The notes below the pieces were generated by a model. The model was not told where the DNA came from. It saw only the letters and a program-made list of their open reading frames with translations, and searched no databases. From NCBI RefSeq assembly GCF_000026545.1, contig NC_011601.1: DNA of 64,000 bases, one strand, 5' to 3'. This document shows, one piece after another, positions 23,762 to 33,790 of the stretch. The stretch comes from Escherichia coli O127:H6 str. E2348/69 (GTDB lineage: Bacteria; Pseudomonadota; Gammaproteobacteria; Enterobacterales; Enterobacteriaceae). Each line of letters begins with the position of its first letter. The stretch's first letter is position 1. The translations under genes were made by a program, and so were the position numbers.

Positions 23762-24694
23762 ATGTTAGATGCAAACAAATTACAGCAGGCAGTGGATCAG
23801 GCTTACACCCAATTTCACTCACTTAACGGCGGACAAAATGCCGACTACATTCCCTTTCTGGCGAATGTACCTGGTCAACTGGCAGCAGTGGCTATTGTGA
23901 CCTGCGATGGCAACATCTATCGCGCGGGTGATAGTGATTACCGCTTTGCGCTGGAATCCATCTCGAAAGTCTGTACGTTAGCCCTTGCGTTAGAAGATGT
24001 CGGCCCGCAGGCGGTACAGGACAAAGTTGGCGCTGACCCGACCGGATTGCCCTTTAACTCAGTTATCGCCTTAGAGTTGCATGGCGGCAAACCGCTTTCG
24101 CCACTGGTAAATGCTGGCGCTATTGCCACCACCAGCCTGATTAACGCTGAAAATACTGAACAACGCTGGCAGCGAATTTTACATATCCAACAACAACTGG
24201 CTGGTGAGCAGGTAGCGCTCTCTGATGAAGTCAACCAGTCGGAACAAACAACCAACTTCCATAACCGGGCCATTGCCTGGCTGCTGTACTCCGCCGGATA
24301 TCTCTATTGTGATGCAATGGAAGCCTGTGACGTGTACACCCGTCAGTGCTCCACGCTCATCAATACTATTGAACTGGCAACGCTTGGCGCGACGCTGGCG
24401 GCGGGTGGTGTGAATCCGCTGACGCATAAACGCGTTCTTCAGGCCGACAACGTGCCGTACATTCTGGCTGAAATGATGATGGAAGGGCTGTATGGTCGCT
24501 CTGGTGACTGGGCGTATCGCGTTGGTTTACCGGGCAAAAGCGGTGTAGGTGGCGGTATTCTGGCGGTCGTCCCTGGCGTGATGGGAATTGCCGCGTTCTC
24601 ACCACCGCTGGACGAAGAAGGCAACAGTGTTCGCGGTCAAAAAATGGTGGCATCGGTCGCTAAGCAACTCGGCTATAACGTGTTTAAGGGCTGA
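23762..24694 (+). CDS. glsA: Glutaminase 1 (YbaS), 310 aa
   Basis: ORF track; serine-dependent glutaminase family; recognised. Confidence 0.9.
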   Translation: MLDANKLQQAVDQAYTQFHSLNGGQNADYIPFLANVPGQLAAVAIVTCDGNIYRAGDSDYRFALESISKVCTLALALEDVGPQAVQDKVGADPTGLPFNSVIALELHGGKPLSPLVNAGAIATTSLINAENTEQRWQRILHIQQQLAGEQVALSDEVNQSEQTTNFHNRAIAWLLYSAGYLYCDAMEACDVYTRQCSTLINTIELATLGATLAAGGVNPLTHKRVLQADNVPYILAEMMMEGLYGRSGDWAYRVGLPGKSGVGGGILAVVPGVMGIAAFSPPLDEEGNSVRGQKMVASVAKQLGYNVFKG

Positions 24695-24696
24695 TC

Positions 24697-25989
24697 ATGA
24701 TGAACACGGAAGGTAATAACGGTAACAAACCCCTCGGTCTATGGAACGTCGTTTCCATCGGTATTGGGGCAATGGTGGGGGCGGGGATCTTCGCGCTGCT
24801 GGGTCAGGCTGCGTTGCTAATGGAAGCCTCGACCTGGGTCGCCTTTGCTTTTGGCGGTATTGTGGCGATGTTTTCCGGTTATGCCTATGCGCGTCTGGGG
24901 GCGAGCTATCCCAGCAATGGCGGTATTATCGACTTCTTTCGTCGCGGATTAGGCAACGGCGTCTTTTCGCTGGCGCTCTCGTTATTGTACCTGTTGACGC
25001 TGGCGGTGAGCATCGCCATGGTCGCCCGTGCTTTTGGCGCTTATGCCGTGCAGTTTTTGCATGAAGGCAGTCAGGAGGAGCACCTTATATTGCTCTACGC
25101 GTTGGGGAGCATTGCGGTGATGACGCTTTTCAACTCCTTAAGCAACCATGCAGTAGGGCGGCTGGAAGTGATCCTCGTCGGCATTAAAATGATGATTCTG
25201 TTATTGCTGATTATTGCCGGTGTCTGGTCGCTGCAACCGGCGCATATTTCCGTCTCTGCGCCCCCCAGCTCCGGTGCGTTCTTCTCCTGTATCGGGATAA
25301 CCTTCCTTGCCTATGCGGGCTTTGGCATGATGGCGAACGCGGCGGATAAAGTGAAAGATCCGCAGGTCATTATGCCACGGGCGTTTCTGGTGGCGATTGG
25401 CGTTACCACGTTGCTTTATATCTCGCTGGCGCTGGTTTTGCTTAGCGATGTATCGGCATTAGAGTTAGAAAAATATGCCGATACCGCCGTAGCGCAGGCT
25501 GCTTCTCCGCTGCTCGGGCATGTGGGTTATGTGATCGTCGTCATCGGCGCTTTACTGGCGACGGCTTCAGCCATCAACGCGAACCTGTTCGCCGTGTTTA
25601 ACATCATGGACAACATGGGCAGCGAACGCGAACTGCCGAAGCTAATGAATAAATCCCTGTGGCGGCAGAGTACCTGGGGCAACATCATTGTCGTGGTGTT
25701 GATTATGCTGATGACGGCGGCGCTGAATTTAGGCTCACTCGCCAGCGTTGCCAGCGCCACCTTTTTGATTTGCTATCTGGCGGTGTTTGTGGTGGCGATC
25801 CGCCTGCGTCATGATATTCACGCCTCGTTGCCGATTCTTATCGTAGGTACGTTGGTGATGTTGTTGGTGATCGTTGGCTTTATCTACAGTCTCTGGTCCC
25901 AGGGCAGCCGTGCGCTGATATGGATTATTGGCGCACTCTTACTCAGCCTTATTGTGGCAATGGTCATGAAGCGCAATAAAACCGTATAA
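24697..25989 (+). CDS. ybaT: APC-family amino-acid transporter YbaT, 430 aa
   Basis: ORF track; 12-helix permease; 3-bp gap after glsA. Confidence 0.85.
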   Translation: MMNTEGNNGNKPLGLWNVVSIGIGAMVGAGIFALLGQAALLMEASTWVAFAFGGIVAMFSGYAYARLGASYPSNGGIIDFFRRGLGNGVFSLALSLLYLLTLAVSIAMVARAFGAYAVQFLHEGSQEEHLILLYALGSIAVMTLFNSLSNHAVGRLEVILVGIKMMILLLLIIAGVWSLQPAHISVSAPPSSGAFFSCIGITFLAYAGFGMMANAADKVKDPQVIMPRAFLVAIGVTTLLYISLALVLLSDVSALELEKYADTAVAQAASPLLGHVGYVIVVIGALLATASAINANLFAVFNIMDNMGSERELPKLMNKSLWRQSTWGNIIVVVLIMLMTAALNLGSLASVASATFLICYLAVFVVAIRLRHDIHASLPILIVGTLVMLLVIVGFIYSLWSQGSRALIWIIGALLLSLIVAMVMKRNKTV

Positions 25990-26113
25990 CATCTCTCTGT
26001 GCGCAGTACTTCCTGTATTATTGTGGTGGCGGTCGATATTCGCACTGGCAAAAAAACGTGCTTGAATATTTGTTGAAACCCTTTAACAAAGCACAGGAGG
26101 CGTTGCGCGAACG

Positions 26114-26521
26114 ATGAACATTAGCGATGTAGCAAAAATTACCGGCCTGACCAGCAAAGCCATTCGCTTCTATGAAGAGAAGGGGCTGGTGACGCCGCCG
26201 ATGCGCAGCGAAAACGGTTATCGCACCTACACGCAGCAGCATCTCAACGAACTGACCTTACTGCGCCAGGCACGCCAGGTGGGCTTTAACCTGGAGGAGA
26301 GCGGCGAACTGGTGAATCTGTTTAACGATCCGCAGCGTCACAGCGCCGACGTCAAACGTCGTACGCTGGAGAAAGTAGCGGAGATCGAACAGCATATCGA
26401 AGAACTGCAATCCATGCGTAACCAGCTGCTGGCGCTGGCGAATGCCTGTCCCGGTGATGACAGCGCCGACTGCCCGATTATCGAAAATCTCTCCGGCTGC
26501 TGTCATCATCGGGCGGGGTGA
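26114..26521 (+). CDS. cueR: Copper-responsive MerR-family regulator CueR, 135 aa
   Basis: ORF track; N-terminal MerR HTH ([25 protein letters not shown]) and C-terminal CxxxxxxxC metal site. Confidence 0.95.
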   Translation: MNISDVAKITGLTSKAIRFYEEKGLVTPPMRSENGYRTYTQQHLNELTLLRQARQVGFNLEESGELVNLFNDPQRHSADVKRRTLEKVAEIEQHIEELQSMRNQLLALANACPGDDSADCPIIENLSGCCHHRAG

Positions 26522-27252
26522 TTAAGGCTTGCGAAAATAGTCGTCCATTATTTTCGTCAGCTCCGGACGTTCCCCGTCATCATTGATGGCAAAATCCAGA
26601 AAAAAAGCATCTGCTTGCGGCGTTCGGTTTTGCGCCATCAACCGGAAGGTGAGGGGGCCTGACCAGGTTTCGGATGGGCTGATGTGCTTATCAGGGCCGA
26701 AACTCTCCCATGCGTTGGGCGGTAATGTTTTGCACGCGGTGAGTTTTGGTATGTGGTATTGCAGCTCTGTTTTGTGCAGACATTCCCCGCCAGGAAATAC
26801 CAGGGTTTGTTGCTCATCATTAAAATGGGTTGCCGTGCTGAGCACCAGTGTTTTGAGCGGTCGCCCTTCCAGCGCGGCGGCAGTAGCCTTATGGTGTCCG
26901 TCGAGCAGAACGCAGAGATAGGAATCAGGGAGATACCAGGCCAGAGCGCGGGCGATTCCAGTTTTCGAGAGCAGACAAAAACCGGGCGGCTCCCTGTTCA
27001 TCCTCCGCAAAACCGCTGTAGACAAATTCCGCACAGGTAGGGCAATCAGCCTCGGACCAGAAACGTATTAACGGGACATCCTTGCCAGCAGAGCGAATGG
27101 ATAAGACCGTGCGAGTGCGGATCGTAAATCACACATTGACGCAGAAATCCTTTCCCGGACTTCACCGAAAAAATGACGCCCGCAGCGGTATTTTTCAGCA
27201 GACGTACTTCAGGTTTTCGAAAGGGGAAAAAGCATGGCCACTCCTTAGCCAA
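26522..27252 (-). pseudogene. Hypothetical accessory gene of about 240 codons, split by an apparent frameshift near 27046-27068
   Basis: Two adjacent minus-strand ORFs (27046..27252 and 26522..27034) in different frames; the downstream frame stays open up to 27067; no family confidently recognised; stop abuts cueR stop. Confidence 0.45.
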
Positions 27253-27323
27253 AATTTCAGTTCCCTGAACTGTGCCAGAAAATTACGCTGGTGACTATTG
27301 CTCTGGAAATGGAAACGGTGTCC

Positions 27324-27530
27324 TTACCCATTAATCCCCGTTTGCACCGAAAGAATATGCTGCAAACTTTCTACCATTATGCGCCCCGACTGAAATAAGC
27401 CTTCCTGGATTTCGTTGTTAACATTCACAGCGTGAACCAGGGAGGCTAATAACACCACTTGCAAGAAGGCAAAAATAAACGCACCGATAATCATAATATG
27501 CGTCAGGGGGATTTTCCTTTGCTCCTTCAT
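27324..27530 (-). CDS. Small single-pass membrane protein (68 aa), hypothetical
   Basis: ORF track; one hydrophobic helix IIGAFIFAFLQVVLLASLV; start overlaps the stop of the upstream lipoprotein gene by 4 bp. Confidence 0.5.
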   Translation of the reverse strand: MKEQRKIPLTHIMIIGAFIFAFLQVVLLASLVHAVNVNNEIQEGLFQSGRIMVESLQHILSVQTGING

Positions 27531-27949
27531 TTTAAATAACCCACAAACTGGCCTTCTTTCATTAAGGCGACTTTTCCTGTGTGATGATAAACAATGACAT
27601 TATACAGACCCGACTGATAAACAGTAGCATCTTTATTGTCTTCATCAATTACACATAATGAATCATTGAGATAAGCAAAGTTCTTACTGCTCATTCTAAA
27701 GGTCATGCCAAATCCTTTATAAATGGCTTTCTTTGCCGCCTGGGCATGTTGTGCGGCTTCTGCATTTTTAAATGCCTGCGCCTCGGATGCACTTAAAATA
27801 GCCGTCTGACGCTGTTGTTCTGCGAGGTAACAGGTGTCATGGCTGACGCCCTGCGCCTGGCAATCTGCGATGCGGGAAGTGGGTGAACTACAGCCAGCCA
27901 GTAATATAACCGCCAGCAGGGAAAACGATTTAATGGAGCTATTCATCAT
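27527..27949 (-). CDS. Predicted lipoprotein (140 aa), hypothetical
   Basis: ORF track; signal peptide with lipobox LLAGC followed by S at +2; not a K-12 core protein I recognise. Confidence 0.6.
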   Translation of the reverse strand: MMNSSIKSFSLLAVILLAGCSSPTSRIADCQAQGVSHDTCYLAEQQRQTAILSASEAQAFKNAEAAQHAQAAKKAIYKGFGMTFRMSSKNFAYLNDSLCVIDEDNKDATVYQSGLYNVIVYHHTGKVALMKEGQFVGYLK

Positions 27950-28002
27950 TGTTAACCTTAAATAATGTGCGGAAAATTGCGAATAAGAAATTGCTGTTAA
28001 AA

Positions 28003-29019
28003 TTAGAACGAATATCCCACGCCGACACCCGCACCGAAATCAGATTGTGTATCCGCAGAAATACCTGCTTTAAGTACCGTATGCGTTCCGGCATTAAAAG
28101 ATGTTCCGACAGACACCGCAGATTCACCGTTAAAGGTTCCCGCTCCCGCTGAGACCATCATCAAGTCACCGGTTTTCACCTGTGGTTGTGAGGCGATAGC
28201 GATGGCAGATGCAGTTCCCGCATTGGCTTCTTTACGATTGTCCTCAACTTCGTTTTTTAGCGAACTGAAATGGTTATTGAGCGTGTTAATTTGCTGGCTG
28301 TTATCTGCAACCCGTTTTTGGGTGTTGGTTAACTGTTGCTGCGTTTGTGCGGAATCTTGTCTCAGACTTTCAATTTGCTCATGTGCCTGGACAGACTTCT
28401 GCGCCAGACTTTGCATTTGTTTATCGTATTGAGCCCTTTCTTTTTGCTGTTGTGCTGCCACATCGGTTGTCAGTGCATTCATTTTCTGCCCTTGTTCCGT
28501 GGTAGTGCGCTGATTAGCCTCATTTTGAGCCGCCAGCCTGGCATTAATCATCTCCTGATAATGCGCGGTATTTTGCGTATCTCCAGTCGCGGCGAGCGTT
28601 TTTTGTGTGGCTACGATCTGCGCCTGTTGCTCTGTAATTTGCGTTTGCTGGGCATCAGTTACCGTAGACTGTCGGGCGTTGATCATGCTCTGATAACGGG
28701 CGGTTGTCTGTACATCACCTGTAGCGGCAACGGTTTTTTGTCCTGCGTCAGGATCTGTCTGGACAGGGGGAGTCTGAGTGGTATCAGGTGTTTCAGAAGG
28801 GATGTAGTGATGTTCAGTCAAATAGGTATATGCAGCGGGGCTGTTGTCGGTGCGTTCTAAAAAGCGGGTAATCTTCTGCTCAATCTCCGATTGCGACATG
28901 CCCGAGTTAATGGCTGAAAGCTCTGTTGCCGCCGCTTCAATGGTATCACCAGCTAAAACAAAAGGGCTGGATGTTGCTGAAATTATGAGTGCCAGTAAAG
29001 CTACGTTTACAGTTTTCAT
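28003..29019 (-). CDS. Short trimeric-autotransporter-like protein with YadA-type C-terminal membrane anchor (338 aa)
   Basis: ORF track; N-terminal signal peptide, Q/T/A-rich coiled-coil repeats, C-terminus ...GESAVSVGTSFNAG...GAGVGVGYSF resembling the YadA anchor and ending in an aromatic residue. Confidence 0.7.
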   Translation of the reverse strand: MKTVNVALLALIISATSSPFVLAGDTIEAAATELSAINSGMSQSEIEQKITRFLERTDNSPAAYTYLTEHHYIPSETPDTTQTPPVQTDPDAGQKTVAATGDVQTTARYQSMINARQSTVTDAQQTQITEQQAQIVATQKTLAATGDTQNTAHYQEMINARLAAQNEANQRTTTEQGQKMNALTTDVAAQQQKERAQYDKQMQSLAQKSVQAHEQIESLRQDSAQTQQQLTNTQKRVADNSQQINTLNNHFSSLKNEVEDNRKEANAGTASAIAIASQPQVKTGDLMMVSAGAGTFNGESAVSVGTSFNAGTHTVLKAGISADTQSDFGAGVGVGYSF

Positions 29020-29386
29020 TCATTTTCTCTCGATCAAAATAAGTTGCATTAATGTTTCTATAAGAAACAAATAATATTGTTATTAAGAAATAAAATACGT
29101 TGCAATATGATCGAAATCTACGCCGCCATTTGTGTGATGTAAAGCGCATTTTTGTCTGTTGTAAGCGTAAATATCACCAATAAGAAACAAAAAATGTTTC
29201 TTTTATAAATTAAAAAGGAAAACATTTCGTGCTCTTTCAATGTAAAAAAGAGTAAAGACTTGTTTTGATAAGCGAAATAAATTCTGTTTCTGGACTAAAC
29301 GTGAACCGGTTCCTGATGTGTGCTAAAATGCGTTTCTTTGATAAATCTCAATTTTTAAGAGGTTTACGCCAGGCAGGAACATTTAA

Positions 29387-29749
29387 ATGAATGAATTTGA
29401 GAAGATTTTTAATGAAATGAATCTGGACCGGGCATTGCTACCGATCCTTTTTCGTTCGAACCGGTCAACAGTGTGGAAGTATTTAAGCGGCGATAGTACG
29501 GCTCCTGCCTCAGCTATGTCACTGATTATGCTGTTGCAGTTAATCCAGAAACGAAACCCCGATCTATTAGCCGAATGGTTAACGCTTTCTGATTTCACCA
29601 TTCCGCCAGAAGTTTACCTGGACCAGCCTGATTACTGGAAAGGGTGGGTGTATACCCAACACAAGGTCAATAAAAACGTCCTGGAATATCTAAAAAAACA
29701 TTATCCGGATGAAGACCAAAAAAGTATGGGTAAAGGCCGGGAAGAGTAA
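29387..29749 (+). CDS. Putative HTH DNA-binding regulator (120 aa), hypothetical
   Basis: ORF track; HTH-like segment RSNRSTVWKYLSGDSTAP; divergent from the autotransporter-like gene across a 370-bp AT-rich region. Confidence 0.45.
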   Translation: MNEFEKIFNEMNLDRALLPILFRSNRSTVWKYLSGDSTAPASAMSLIMLLQLIQKRNPDLLAEWLTLSDFTIPPEVYLDQPDYWKGWVYTQHKVNKNVLEYLKKHYPDEDQKSMGKGREE

Positions 29750-29754
29750 TTTTG

Positions 29755-29850
29755 CCTCTACTCGGCTATATGCCGGATGCGGCGCAAGCGCCTTATCTGG
29801 CCTACGATTCGGGCATATTTTGTAGGCATGATAAGACGCGCCAGCGTCGC
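29755..29850. repeat. REP/BIME elements at the island-ybbJ junction
   Basis: gccggatgcggcgcaagcgccttatctggcctac and gcgacgctggcgcgtcttatcatgcctac (revcomp) between 29749 and the ybbJ stop. Confidence 0.65.
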
Positions 29851-29851
29851 A

Positions 29852-30310
29852 TCAGGCGATGACCGCACGGATAATCAGCGTTATTCCTTCTATCGCAATC
29901 ACCTCAACATGCGTACCAGCGCCGAGATCCTCGCTGGCGCTGACAGGCCATGAACTGTCACCGACGCGCATATGACCGCGCCCGTTGACCAGCGGAGATT
30001 CCAGAACAAAACGTTGGCCAATCAACTGCTGCCCGCGCTGGTTTAAATGACTGTCGCTGTGCTTTTGTTCGCGCACCCGCCGCGACAACCATTTCCACCA
30101 CAGCCAGGCGGCGAGCAGCGTCAGGACGGCAAACATTACCCCTTGCCACTCCCAACCCAGCGGCAGCAACCAGACCACCAGACCGGTAATCACCGCTGCC
30201 ACGCCGCTCCACAACAGATAACCATTGCCGCCCAACATCTCGGCTGCCAGCAGCAAACCGCCGAGACTTAGCCAGAAAATATGTTGATGGACGACCATTA
30301 ACTCCATCAT
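29852..30310 (-). CDS. ybbJ: NfeD-like inner membrane protein YbbJ, 152 aa
   Basis: ORF track; overlaps qmcA stop; conserved NfeD-SPFH pair. Confidence 0.85.
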   Translation of the reverse strand: MMELMVVHQHIFWLSLGGLLLAAEMLGGNGYLLWSGVAAVITGLVVWLLPLGWEWQGVMFAVLTLLAAWLWWKWLSRRVREQKHSDSHLNQRGQQLIGQRFVLESPLVNGRGHMRVGDSSWPVSASEDLGAGTHVEVIAIEGITLIIRAVIA

Positions 30311-31224
30311 GGCTGAGTCCGTTTGTTGGCGCTGTCTTTCACCAGCTCAGCAATCCCGGCAATCGACCCCATCAGGCTGCTGGCCTCTAATGGCATCATC
30401 ACCACTTTGCTGTTACTGGACGAACCGATCTGCTGTAACGCTTCGGTGTATTTCTGTGCGACGAAGTAGTTCACCGCCTGAATATCGCCGGAGGCGATGG
30501 CTTCAGACACCATTTTGGTGGCGCGGGCTTCTGCTTCAGCGGAACGTTCACGCGCTTCAGCCTGTAAAAACGCCGACTGACGTTCGCCTTCCGCTTTCAG
30601 GATTTGTGACTGTTTTTCACCTTCGGCTTTGAGGATTTCCGCCTGACGGATCCCTTCCGCTTCAAGGATGTAAGCGCGTTTGGTACGTTCCGCTTTCATC
30701 TGCGCGTTCATTGAAGAGATAAGCTCTGCGGGCGGGCGCACATCACGAATTTCAATACGGGTGACTTTAATCCCCCACGGGTTGGTGGCCTCATCGACAA
30801 TATGCAGCAGACGCGAGTTAATGCTGTCGCGCTGAGAGAGCATTTCATCAAGTTCCATTGAACCCAGCACGGTACGGATGTTAGTCATAGTCAGATTGAT
30901 GATTGCCAGCTCCAGATTGCTGACTTCATAAGCCGCGCGCGGCGCGTCAATTACCTGAATAAAGCACACGGCGTCGATGGTAACGTTGGCGTTATCTTTC
31001 GAGATAACTTCCTGGGAAGGGATGTCGAGCACTTGCTCCATCATATTGATCTTGCGACCAATGCGATCCATAAAGGGCACCACCAGGCTTAGACCTGGCT
31101 GTAACGTTTTGGTATAGCGACCAAAGCGTTCTACCGTCCATTGATAGCCCTGCGGCACGATTTTGACGCCCGCGCCGACAATGACCAGCGCGACAAAAAT
31201 GAGAATCGGGATAAAGATAATCAT
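30307..31224 (-). CDS. qmcA: SPFH/band-7 (stomatin-like) protein QmcA (YbbK), 305 aa
   Basis: ORF track; SPFH domain plus KAEGE repeat tail. Confidence 0.9.
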   Translation of the reverse strand: MIIFIPILIFVALVIVGAGVKIVPQGYQWTVERFGRYTKTLQPGLSLVVPFMDRIGRKINMMEQVLDIPSQEVISKDNANVTIDAVCFIQVIDAPRAAYEVSNLELAIINLTMTNIRTVLGSMELDEMLSQRDSINSRLLHIVDEATNPWGIKVTRIEIRDVRPPAELISSMNAQMKAERTKRAYILEAEGIRQAEILKAEGEKQSQILKAEGERQSAFLQAEARERSAEAEARATKMVSEAIASGDIQAVNYFVAQKYTEALQQIGSSSNSKVVMMPLEASSLMGSIAGIAELVKDSANKRTQP

Positions 31225-31369
31225 CGGAAAAACCTCCTGTTGTACCGTCCATAATCAGCAAAATTGCTGCTTGATTAAACAAATTATACCTGATTACTGA
31301 AAGAGAGTTCCCCCTTATTCCTGCGAAGGATAAACTGTTTTTAGTAAAAATCAGAAAAAGGGAACAGCG

Positions 31370-32047
31370 ATGCAGGAAAATAGTCCTTTGCTTCAGCTAC
31401 AAAACGTAGGATATCTGGCGGGTGATACGAAGATTCTTAATAACATCAATTTTTCGCTGCGTGCTGGCGAATTTAAGTTAATTACCGGTCCTTCTGGTTG
31501 TGGCAAAAGTACACTGCTAAAAATAGTTGCTTCATTGATCAGCCCAACCAGCGGAACGTTACTGTTTGAAGGTGAGGATGTCAGCACACTAAAGCCAGAA
31601 ATCTACCGCCAGCAAGTCTCTTACTGCGCCCAGACGCCGACGCTGTTTGGCGATACGGTATACGATAACCTGATTTTTCCCTGGCAGATCCGTAACCAGC
31701 AGCCTGACCCGGCCATTTTTCTCGATTTTCTTGAACGCTTCGCTTTACCGGACAGCATTTTGACGAAGAATATCGCCGAGCTATCTGGTGGTGAAAAACA
31801 ACGCATCTCATTGATTCGTAACCTGCAATTTATGCCGAAGGTTTTATTGCTCGACGAAATCACCAGTGCGCTGGATGAAAGTAATAAACATAACGTTAAT
31901 GAGATGATCCACCGTTATGTGCGCGAGCAAAATATTGCCGTGCTGTGGGTGACACACGATAAAGACGAAATTAATCATGCGGATAAGGTGATTACACTGC
32001 AACCGCATGCCGGAGAAATGCAGGAAGCACGCTATGAACTCGCATAA
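31370..32047 (+). CDS. fetA: ABC transporter ATP-binding protein FetA (YbbL), 225 aa
   Basis: ORF track; Walker A GPSGCGKST and signature LSGGEKQR. Confidence 0.85.
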   Translation: MQENSPLLQLQNVGYLAGDTKILNNINFSLRAGEFKLITGPSGCGKSTLLKIVASLISPTSGTLLFEGEDVSTLKPEIYRQQVSYCAQTPTLFGDTVYDNLIFPWQIRNQQPDPAIFLDFLERFALPDSILTKNIAELSGGEKQRISLIRNLQFMPKVLLLDEITSALDESNKHNVNEMIHRYVREQNIAVLWVTHDKDEINHADKVITLQPHAGEMQEARYELA

Positions 32048-32813
32048 TATTACTAACGAATCATTAGCACTGGCATTAATGCTGGTGGTGGTGGCAATCT
32101 TAATTAGCCATAAAGAAAAACTAGCGCTGGAGAAAGATATTCTCTGGAGTGTCGGGCGCGCGATAATCCAGCTGATTATTGTCGGCTATGTGCTGAAGTA
32201 TATTTTCAGCGTGGATGATGCCTGTCTGACATTATTGATGGTGTTATTTATCTGCTTTAATGCGGCGTGGAACGCGCAAAAACGCAGTAAATATATTGCT
32301 AAAGCTTTTATCTCATCGTTTATTGCCATTACGGTCGGAGCGGGAATTACCCTGGCGGTACTGATCCTCTCTGGGTCGATTGAATTTATCCCGATGCAGG
32401 TGATCCCTATCGCCGGGATGATAGCCGGTAACGCCATGGTAGCGGTGGGGGTGTGTTACAACAATTTAGGGCAACGGGTCATTAGCGAACAGCAACAGAT
32501 TCAGGAGAAACTGAGTCTTGGCGCGACACCAAAACAGGCTTCAGCGATATTGATTCGCGACAGTATTCGCGCGGCTTTAATTCCGACGGTCGATTCAGCA
32601 AAAACGGTTGGCTTAGTGAGTTTACCAGGAATGATGTCCGGGCTGATATTTGCCGGGATTGATCCGGTGAAGGCGATTAAATATCAGATTATGGTGACCT
32701 TTATGCTGCTCTCAACTGCCAGCCTGTCTACCATTATTGCCTGCTATTTAACCTATCGTAAATTTTATAATTCGCGCCACCAGTTGGTGGTGACGCAATT
32801 GAAGAAGAAATGA
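32034..32813 (+). CDS. fetB: ABC transporter permease FetB (YbbM), 259 aa
   Basis: ORF 32007..32813 trimmed to MNSHNITNES...; overlaps fetA end. Confidence 0.8.
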   Translation: MNSHNITNESLALALMLVVVAILISHKEKLALEKDILWSVGRAIIQLIIVGYVLKYIFSVDDACLTLLMVLFICFNAAWNAQKRSKYIAKAFISSFIAITVGAGITLAVLILSGSIEFIPMQVIPIAGMIAGNAMVAVGVCYNNLGQRVISEQQQIQEKLSLGATPKQASAILIRDSIRAALIPTVDSAKTVGLVSLPGMMSGLIFAGIDPVKAIKYQIMVTFMLLSTASLSTIIACYLTYRKFYNSRHQLVVTQLKKK

Positions 32814-32875
32814 TGCGATGCCGGATGCGCAGCATCGCATCCGGCGTTGTGGTTCATGTGCCGATCAACAAAACA

Positions 32876-33772
<897 letters not shown>

Positions 33773-33790
33773 TTAAGCGCGCGCTTCAAC

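Noticed and set aside
26522-27252. Assigning the frameshifted island gene to the PlsC acyltransferase family
   Set aside because: Only a weak FPGGE match to one motif and no HxxxxD motif at the expected spacing; kept as hypothetical.
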